From IMG/VR virus record IMGVR_UViG_3300023105_001195, positions 1 through 49,993 of that record: a DNA stretch of 49,993 nt. One strand, written 5' to 3'. This DNA is from a virus (taxonomy: Duplodnaviria > Caudoviricetes). Below, one piece after another: positions 43,478 through 49,993 of the stretch. The translations under genes were made by a program, and so were the position numbers. The notes under the pieces are model-generated. The model was not told the origin of the DNA and searched no databases. It worked only from the letters and a program-made list of their open reading frames with translations. Within the stretch, counting starts at the first letter, position 1, and every line of letters begins with the position of its first letter.

Positions 43478-45674
43478 TTTGAATATCAATCTCAATTCTA
43501 TTGTGTGTTGAATCACTAAACAACAGTTTACGTGCCAGTGGCTTTTTAATATTCTCATTAATTTCACGAGCCATTGGTCTTGCACCCATTGTCTCATTAA
43601 ATCCACGATCGCTTAACCAATTGGTAACTGCTGGTGTCCATGTAAGATCAATTTCACGATCTTTAACCATGTACTTTAGTTCAGTCATAAACTTGTCAGT
43701 AACTTGATTAATGTGCCCACGGTCAAGTTTATTAAACTTAACAATAGCATCTAAACGGTTACGGAATTCAGGACTAAAGAAACTTTTAACTGCTTTGTCT
43801 TGTGCACCGTCATGTTTTCCGCCACCAAAGCCAATAACATTCTTTTCACTGTCTGCCGCACCTAAGTTACTGGTCAAGATAACAACTGCGTTACGTGCAC
43901 TTACACTTTTACCATCACTACTGGTAACCATACCGTTGTCCATTACTTGTAACATAACGTTCAATACATCAGGGTGTGCCTTTTCAACTTCATCCAATAG
44001 CAATACACAATTTGGTGTTTTTTCCAATTCGTTAATCAATTGTCCACTACCAGTTTTACCATCACCATGTCCTACATAGCCTGGAGGTGCGCCAATCAAC
44101 TTAGCAACTGTATGACGTTCTTGATACTCACTCATATCAAAGCGTACCAAGTTCATGTTTAACAACTCACTAATTGCTTTTGCTGTTTCAGTTTTACCAA
44201 CACCTGTTGGTCCAGTAAACAAATATGTACCTACTGGCTTGTCTTTAGATTTAAGTCCTGCTTTACTGATGTATACAGCGTCTGCCAATAAGTCAATTGC
44301 TTGGTCCTGTCCAAACACACGCTCACGTAGTTTTTCTTCAATGTTAATCATTTGTGTTTCACGGCGCTTAACATTAACAACTGTGTCCAGTGGAATACGT
44401 GCCATTTTACTGATCTCATATTTGATAAGTTCATCAGTAATAGTAATAATACGCTCTTCTGGTTTACGTGTACGTTGACGTGCAAACGCACTATCAATAA
44501 CATCAAATGCCTTGTCTGGCAGTTTCTTGTCATGCAAGTATTGTACACTTAAATCAACTGCGGCATTGATTGCTTCTGGTGTAATTTGCATATCATGATA
44601 AATTTCATAAGCACTTACACTCTGCTTGACAATTTCTTTTGCTTCACTTGGTGTTGGTTCAGGAACATCAATCTTATAAAAACGACGAGCTAGTGCACGG
44701 TCTTTCTCAAACTTTTCACGATATTCTTCATATGTTGTACTACCAATACAGCGTAGTCGACCTTTTTGCAGTGCTGGCTTTAACAAGTTAGCAACATCCA
44801 TTGCGCCTTGTCCAGCATTACCTGCACCCATAATCATATGGATTTCATCAATAAACAGGATAGCATCATCACGTTTATCCAGTACATCCAGGATCTCTTT
44901 CATACGCTCTTCAAAATCACCACGGTACTTTGTGCCTGCCAATAGTGCACCAATATCCAAACTATAAACTGTATGTGATGCAATAGTGTCAGGTACATCT
45001 TCATGTACAATACGGTATGCCAGACCTTCTGCAATAGCAGTTTTACCTACACCAGCATCGCCTACTAGTACAACATTGTTCTTTTTACGGCGGGCAAGTG
45101 TTTGTACTAATTGATCTACTTCTTGCTCTCTGCCAATTAACTTGTCTAGTTTGTGCTTTTTTGCTTCTTGATTTAAATTAACTGTGTATTTTCGCAGAAC
45201 TTGGTCGCCAGTATTGCTACCTTGTTTTGCCATTTGTTCGTATTCTTTTTCCAATGCGCTTAAATATTCTAAAATAATTTCTCTAGTTACACCATTCATT
45301 TCGCAGATAAACACTGCTTGGCTATTCTTTTCTGCTAGTACACTCAACAACAAGTCAATTGGATTAAGTGTCTGTCTGCCATGAAATAATGCCTGTGTAA
45401 TTGCACGATTAAAAACTCGTTCCAGTGTAGTAGTCTTTCTTGGACGTAAACCGTCCTCGTCTACTTTAATACTGTCAAGCTCAGTTGCAACATATGCGTG
45501 AGCATGGTCAAGAATATCAATAGGGTTGCCATCAATCTCTTTTACTAATTCAATAATATCATCATCTTCAAATAACACACATAAAATGTGCTCTAGGGTA
45601 ACATATTCATGAGCATGCATCTCAGCAATTTTAAATGCTTTAGATACCATTAACTCAATGTGTTCATTTGCCAT
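43449..45674 (-). CDS. clpA: ATP-dependent Clp protease ATP-binding subunit ClpA
   Basis: Clp N-domain, two AAA+ modules ([14 protein letters not shown]; [15 protein letters not shown]), GYVG pore loop, IGF ClpP-docking loop, no middle domain. Confidence 0.95.
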   Translation of the reverse strand: MANEHIELMVSKAFKIAEMHAHEYVTLEHILCVLFEDDDIIELVKEIDGNPIDILDHAHAYVATELDSIKVDEDGLRPRKTTTLERVFNRAITQALFHGRQTLNPIDLLLSVLAEKNSQAVFICEMNGVTREIILEYLSALEKEYEQMAKQGSNTGDQVLRKYTVNLNQEAKKHKLDKLIGREQEVDQLVQTLARRKKNNVVLVGDAGVGKTAIAEGLAYRIVHEDVPDTIASHTVYSLDIGALLAGTKYRGDFEERMKEILDVLDKRDDAILFIDEIHMIMGAGNAGQGAMDVANLLKPALQKGRLRCIGSTTYEEYREKFEKDRALARRFYKIDVPEPTPSEAKEIVKQSVSAYEIYHDMQITPEAINAAVDLSVQYLHDKKLPDKAFDVIDSAFARQRTRKPEERIITITDELIKYEISKMARIPLDTVVNVKRRETQMINIEEKLRERVFGQDQAIDLLADAVYISKAGLKSKDKPVGTYLFTGPTGVGKTETAKAISELLNMNLVRFDMSEYQERHTVAKLIGAPPGYVGHGDGKTGSGQLINELEKTPNCVLLLDEVEKAHPDVLNVMLQVMDNGMVTSSDGKSVSARNAVVILTSNLGAADSEKNVIGFGGGKHDGAQDKAVKSFFSPEFRNRLDAIVKFNKLDRGHINQVTDKFMTELKYMVKDREIDLTWTPAVTNWLSDRGFNETMGARPMAREINENIKKPLARKLLFSDSTHNRIEIDIQNDQIQINYI

Positions 45675-45687
45675 TAAATTTTTCCTC

Positions 45688-46473
45688 TTATAGGTCTTTT
45701 ATTTTTGTATCAGGATCCGTGCTAGCAGGAATACTCACATTGATCTGTATAATAAGATCGCCTGTTTTACGTGTTCCATATATTGGGAAGCCAGCTTCTG
45801 GGATTCTTAACTTTGTTCCTGGCTGTGTACCTGGTTTTATTTTAACACTATATTTCTTTTTGTCAATACCTGACACTTCAATAGTATTACCAAGTATTGC
45901 ATCTTTTACGAATATAGTTTCTTTAACTAAACAGTTGTTGTCTATGCGTGTGTATATAGGGTGCTTTTGCTCTAAAACAGTAACATATAAGTCGCCTGGA
46001 GGAAGTTGTTGATTTGTATCATCACCACATCTACTAAACTTAATTTTACTTCCGTTTGGTACCCCTGCAGGTATCTGAATATTCACTGTTTTTGTTTTGC
46101 TTCTGCTAATGTGTATTGTTATGTCTTTATTTACACCAGAAAGTAATTCTTCTAGCGAAATATTATACGTAATTGTAATATCCTTGTTCTTAGGTTGTCT
46201 AAAATTAAAATTGAATTGATTATCAAACTGACTGAATATATCATTCATATTCATATCATTGAATGGATTACCGCCTGACTGTTGTGGCTGCTCAAAACTT
46301 TGTCTACTATCCTTGTCTTTTATCTGATCATATGCAGCATTTACTTGCTTAAACTTATCCTGATCACCGCCGCGGTCTGGATGGTGTTGTTTAGCTAATT
46401 TACGATATGCTTGCTTAATTTCTTCGTCACTGGAGTTACGATTAACACCCAGGACACGATAAGGATCAGTCAT
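45688..46473 (-). CDS. dnaJ: DnaJ/CbpA-type co-chaperone lacking the zinc finger
   Basis: J-domain with HPD, F-rich linker, DnaJ C-terminal domain (PGDLYV, GTQPGT, GDL). Confidence 0.92.
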   Translation of the reverse strand: MTDPYRVLGVNRNSSDEEIKQAYRKLAKQHHPDRGGDQDKFKQVNAAYDQIKDKDSRQSFEQPQQSGGNPFNDMNMNDIFSQFDNQFNFNFRQPKNKDITITYNISLEELLSGVNKDITIHISRSKTKTVNIQIPAGVPNGSKIKFSRCGDDTNQQLPPGDLYVTVLEQKHPIYTRIDNNCLVKETIFVKDAILGNTIEVSGIDKKKYSVKIKPGTQPGTKLRIPEAGFPIYGTRKTGDLIIQINVSIPASTDPDTKIKDL

Positions 46474-46864
46474 TTAAACTATTATTATGCTCGTTAATTA
46501 CACGTTCAGATTGTTTATAGTAGTTTTCATATGCAACAATCATAGCCTGTTGTTGCTGTACAAGTGCACGGATGTCACTAAAGTTTAAACCAAGATCACC
46601 ATATCCATCGCCAGTGAGTGCATACAGTGCAAATGCCTGACCCCTGGAATCAAGCTCTGCCATTACTTCATCTACATTGTCACTGTTGATAACAATCCAC
46701 TCAACCTTGCGCATGTTAAGTTCATCAACAGGAGGTAGTGTTAAATTTGGCTTATTGATTGGCTTTGCACTAATCTCAATCGGTGCTATCTGGGGTTGCG
46801 AGCAAGCCGCGAGCCCTATAATCATCGTAAAGCCAAGGACACTCTTTGTTAAAAGCCTCGCCAT
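46466..46864 (-). CDS. outer-membrane lipoprotein, o-spanin (Rz1-like)
   Basis: Signal peptide with LAAC lipobox and Pro-rich segment; start overlaps the 3' end of the upstream TM/coiled-coil gene. Confidence 0.75.
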   Translation of the reverse strand: MARLLTKSVLGFTMIIGLAACSQPQIAPIEISAKPINKPNLTLPPVDELNMRKVEWIVINSDNVDEVMAELDSRGQAFALYALTGDGYGDLGLNFSDIRALVQQQQAMIVAYENYYKQSERVINEHNNSLND

Positions 46865-47270
46865 TTTCAGCGTTCCTTTCTTTGTCATTTAGTTCCGCTC
46901 CACTTAGTAGTTCAAAACATCTACCAGCATTTTCAGTTCCACGATTGACTGCACGTTCTATTGCATCTGGATTTGCAATAGCAGCCGCAGTTAAATCTAA
47001 ACGTTCTAGTTTATCAGCCAGTAACTGATTTTGTCTTCTTATACTTGTATATGCAGCATTAAGACTGTCTAGCTCTTGTGTTTGTGCCGCATAGCTGGCT
47101 TGTAAACTTTCAAGAGCAGCTTCATTTGTCTCAACTGCTGTCTCCAGTTTAGCATTATTTTCAGTTAATGTCATTATTTTTTTCTGACTATCTTGATAAT
47201 ACCAATAGGCACCATACCCTGCTCCGCCAAGCAGACCTAAAATAATCAAAAATGCATAGACTCTAATCAT
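46776..47270 (-). CDS. inner-membrane i-spanin (Rz-like)
   Basis: N-terminal TM, long coiled coil, two C-terminal Cys. Confidence 0.72.
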   Translation of the reverse strand: MIRVYAFLIILGLLGGAGYGAYWYYQDSQKKIMTLTENNAKLETAVETNEAALESLQASYAAQTQELDSLNAAYTSIRRQNQLLADKLERLDLTAAAIANPDAIERAVNRGTENAGRCFELLSGAELNDKERNAENGEAFNKECPWLYDDYRARGLLATPDSTD

Positions 47271-47488
47271 TACTTGTGCCTATAAACAATACGGCCCTTG
47301 GACAAATCATATGGAGACATTTCTACGTCAACAGTATCACCTAAAAGTATATTGATATTAAACTTTCTGATCTTACCACTGATTAATCCAATAATATTGT
47401 GACCGTTCTCCAGTTCTATTTTAAATGTTGCATTAGGCAAGCACTCTATTACTTTGCCTGCAAACGTAAAAGTTTCTTCTTTAGCCAT
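47270..47488 (-). CDS. infA: translation initiation factor IF-1
   Basis: 72 aa; G.V.E.LPNA.F..EL.NGH.....SGK.R...I.IL.GD.V.VE.SPYDL.KGRI.YR. Confidence 0.96.
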   Translation of the reverse strand: MAKEETFTFAGKVIECLPNATFKIELENGHNIIGLISGKIRKFNINILLGDTVDVEMSPYDLSKGRIVYRHK

Positions 47489-47988
47489 TAATACTTAACC
47501 AAAAATTCCATTCTTTCTTTAATCTGGTCTTCTGGTTGGCGATTGAATCTTTTTCTGTAATCTTCCGGTGTACTCATAATAAATTTATTGAAGTTATCTT
47601 TATTGAAAACTTGATCGCCTTCCATTTTATAACCTGTAAATTTCCATTCACCTTTGTCACTAGTAATACGATTGATGCTGTTTAGCATATCTCTAATTTT
47701 TTTGTATAAGTCTTTATCTCTGCTAAATTCTATAAAAACTTTATATTCACCGTCATTATTTGGTGCGCCACTTATTTCTACATCCAAATGATCTAGTGCA
47801 CCAGTTTCAATAAAGTTACTTAAATCTTTTGCTGGCTGCTCGTAACTAACTGTAATTGCAACTACACAAACGTTTTCTTCTCTATCTACTTTTGGTTTAT
47901 ATTGGTCTATACTTACTGTGCCCAGTACCAGACCCTGCATCTCTTCATAACTGAGACCTTCAAATATATTACTGACTGGATACATCAT
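47488..47988 (-). CDS. hypothetical protein
   Basis: Likely start MMYPV at 47988. Confidence 0.72.
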   Translation of the reverse strand: MMYPVSNIFEGLSYEEMQGLVLGTVSIDQYKPKVDREENVCVVAITVSYEQPAKDLSNFIETGALDHLDVEISGAPNNDGEYKVFIEFSRDKDLYKKIRDMLNSINRITSDKGEWKFTGYKMEGDQVFNKDNFNKFIMSTPEDYRKRFNRQPEDQIKERMEFLVKY

Positions 47989-48496
47989 CACTCTTGGCTT
48001 CCTCTGCGTCATCTAAGCCCTCATTATAGGCATCATCAACATCGCTCATATCAATTTCAACACCGTTAACATTAATCTTTTCACTTTTAAATTCATCTAC
48101 AAAGTGACGTGGCATTGCAATTTTAACTAACCAAACATCTGTTTTAACCTTTTTAGGCTTACGTTCGCCTTTATCATTGGTCTCTAAATCATCAGGTGTT
48201 TTAATGTCCATGTTTGTAATATATTTCTCTTTCTGGAAATATACATAACAGCCGTGCTTTGTTAAACGTAGAGCACCCTCTGGGTCAGGCATCATTTTAT
48301 GTGGATACATCAGTGTAACTTCAATCCAATAACGACTGATGTCAGGACCAGCAACTACTTCTCCTACCATCCAATTTTTATATGCATATAGATGCAGTTG
48401 ATCTAGTACGCCTTCAAACTCTAGTAGCATATCTAGGGCAGTGTTGCCGTCATAAACACTAGCAATTGTGTCTTTAATTTGTTGTGTATCAATCAT
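47969..48496 (-). CDS. hypothetical protein
   Basis: 175 aa; first gene after both sigma70 and late motifs. Confidence 0.78.
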   Translation of the reverse strand: MIDTQQIKDTIASVYDGNTALDMLLEFEGVLDQLHLYAYKNWMVGEVVAGPDISRYWIEVTLMYPHKMMPDPEGALRLTKHGCYVYFQKEKYITNMDIKTPDDLETNDKGERKPKKVKTDVWLVKIAMPRHFVDEFKSEKINVNGVEIDMSDVDDAYNEGLDDAEEAKSDDVSSQ

Positions 48497-48525
48497 ATAA
48501 TTATACCTGGGCTGTTTTATAACAG

Positions 48526-48595
48526 TATTTATACTTTTTACAGAATTTATGATTTAGTATAATATATCTTGTGTTTTTTGTCAATGTGTTAAATA
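48526..48595. promoter_or_regulatory. divergent control region: minus TATAAATA (48526-48533), minus TTGACA-17-TATACT (48556-48584), plus TAAATA (48590-48595)
   Basis: Motifs read directly in the only divergent intergenic region. Confidence 0.7.
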
Positions 48596-48645
48596 CTATT
48601 GAACAATTTGGGCTCGGATCTAGCAAATCAAAAGGAGATCACTAG

Positions 48646-49377
48646 GTGACTAAGAGAGCTAGAAAAACCAAATCATTCAATAGTTCGGAGCCAATCGTTG
48701 ACTTCGGGAAATATAAAAAGCGTAATTCAAGGGTAGTAATACTACCAAAAAACCTAACACAGGAGGATTACTTGGCATTACTAGACGATGATACTAAAAA
48801 CATCGTATTCGCAACTGGACCAGCAGGTACAGGCAAAACTATGCTAGGCGTACTAGCAGCGGTAAGGGCACTCAAAAACGGAGATTGCGAAAAAATAGTG
48901 GTGACAAGACCAGCAGTTAGCGTGGATGAACAACACGGCTTTTTACCTGGAACACTAATTGAAAAGATGGCGCCGTGGACACGACCAATATTTGACGTGT
49001 TCGAAGATTACTACACTCCAAAAGAAATTACAAGCATGATTGAGGATGGTGTTATTGAAGTAGCACCACTAGCGTATATGCGTGGACGTACTTTTAAAGA
49101 TGCGTACATCATTGCTGATGAAATGCAAAATGCTACATCCAATCAAATGAAAATGCTGCTAACACGTATTGGTGCTAACAGCCGCATTATTGTAACTGGA
49201 GACTTAGCTCAACATGACAGGGGGTATGATAATAATGGGTTAAAAGACTTTATCAGTCTACTTAAAGCATCTGATACTAATCGTATTGGATTTGTAGAAT
49301 TTAAAAAACAGGATGTCGAAAGACACCCTGCCGTTCAAGAAGTATTGAACATCTACGGAGACGAAAGTATTAATTAA
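48646..49377 (+). CDS. phoH: PhoH-like ATPase
   Basis: GPAGTGKT, TRPAV, GFLPG, PLAYMRGRTF, DEMQN, LTRIG, GDLAQ.D, DVERH; AAGGAG RBS, GTG start. Confidence 0.95.
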   Translation: MTKRARKTKSFNSSEPIVDFGKYKKRNSRVVILPKNLTQEDYLALLDDDTKNIVFATGPAGTGKTMLGVLAAVRALKNGDCEKIVVTRPAVSVDEQHGFLPGTLIEKMAPWTRPIFDVFEDYYTPKEITSMIEDGVIEVAPLAYMRGRTFKDAYIIADEMQNATSNQMKMLLTRIGANSRIIVTGDLAQHDRGYDNNGLKDFISLLKASDTNRIGFVEFKKQDVERHPAVQEVLNIYGDESIN

Positions 49378-49952
49378 GCAATAAAATCAACGATCTGAGC
49401 CCAGTTGTTTGCTTTTTTAATCCGACTGTCGTCGCAATCAGCGTTATGCTCGTGTGTAACTAGGATGGTTTGCAGTCCCATGTCTGCACCAAGCACAGCA
49501 TTTTCAGTCTTGTCTTCCAACCACCACAGTCCAGTATTTTTGTAAGGCATAAGTGCATCATCTTTGTCTGCACCAGTGTCCAAACAAATGACATCCAAAA
49601 ACACACCTTCTCCAAAAACCTTTTCCAAGTTCTCGATCCGTAACTGCCGTGCATATGGATCCAAGCTCATGCTAGTGATACACACAAACCGGTAACCAGC
49701 TTCAACTAGTTTGTTAACACCGCTCCGTGCATCCCGTAGTGCACTCAGACAACACATCCAAGCACTCTCGTTAAACTCTTTAACTAACCGCTTACACTCT
49801 GCTTTTTCAATACCGTATGCAATATCCATTTCATACAGCCCTGGATTCTTCAACTCATAGTCATGTGTTGACATCCAATCATGAAAAGCAGTTTCCCAAT
49901 CAAGTAGGACACCGTCACAGTCTGTTAGGATGATTTTCTTGTTTTCTGTCAT
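49374..49952 (-). CDS. HAD-superfamily hydrolase (5'-nucleotidase / T4 30.2-like)
   Basis: LTDCDGVLLDW, CITS, K, WLEDK motifs; start probably 49952. Confidence 0.82.
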   Translation of the reverse strand: MTENKKIILTDCDGVLLDWETAFHDWMSTHDYELKNPGLYEMDIAYGIEKAECKRLVKEFNESAWMCCLSALRDARSGVNKLVEAGYRFVCITSMSLDPYARQLRIENLEKVFGEGVFLDVICLDTGADKDDALMPYKNTGLWWLEDKTENAVLGADMGLQTILVTHEHNADCDDSRIKKANNWAQIVDFIA

Positions 49953-49993
49953 TTTCTTGTTTATTAGTTTTTTCATCCACTGACTCATTTATT

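Noticed and set aside
43478-43606. N-terminal extension of the 42695-43606 ORF
   Set aside because: Lies inside clpA in another frame; the ATG at 43477 is more plausible.
1-49993. Stop-codon reassignment (alternative genetic code) as seen in some large phages
   Set aside because: Long conserved genes (polB, clpA, S8 proteases) are intact under code 11, and TAG, TGA and TAA all end genes at sensible places.
1-49993. CRISPR array, tRNA genes, introns/inteins or IS elements
   Set aside because: No regularly spaced repeats or cloverleaf with a T-arm consensus noticed; intergenic gaps are too short; polB and clpA have normal length. Not confirmed by tRNAscan or similar tools.

Overview
Fragment of a large, AT-rich, T4-like (myovirus-type) dsDNA phage genome. 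The host is probably Gram-negative (spanin pair); a marine or aquatic origin is inferred from gene families. Genes are densely packed on the minus strand and only phoH is on plus. Layout: (i) 1-10.1 kb, a 7-deazaguanine DNA-modification cluster (queE, yhhQ, folE, TGT-like dpdA, T-fold dpdL-like) interleaved with a GT-B glycosyltransferase resembling the GTDC1/QTMAN family, two cytidylyltransferase-fold genes, a phosphoribosyltransferase and a probable sliding clamp; (ii) 10.5-14 kb, family B DNA polymerase and a DsbA-like protein; (iii) 14-16.3 kb, a GH19 endolysin with small membrane ORFs; (iv) 16.3-25 kb, proteins sharing an N-terminal M-K/R-hydrophobic...E leader like T4 capsid-targeting sequences, several built as strings of unrelated modules separated by putative prohead-protease (x-x-E) sites; (v) 25-42.5 kb, late structural genes including two tandem copies of a fibre + subtilisin (S8) unit, plus uvsE; (vi) 43-50 kb, clpA, dnaJ, spanins, IF-1, phoH and a HAD hydrolase. 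Five sigma70-type promoters, about 15 TAAATA late-promoter motifs, terminators and candidate structured 5' leaders are visible. No tRNA, rRNA, CRISPR array or mobile element was recognised. The best candidates for undescribed biology are a glycosylated 7-deazaguanine DNA hypermodification pathway and a set of capsid-packaged, protease-processed polyproteins. All homology calls are from motif recognition by eye, without database searches.
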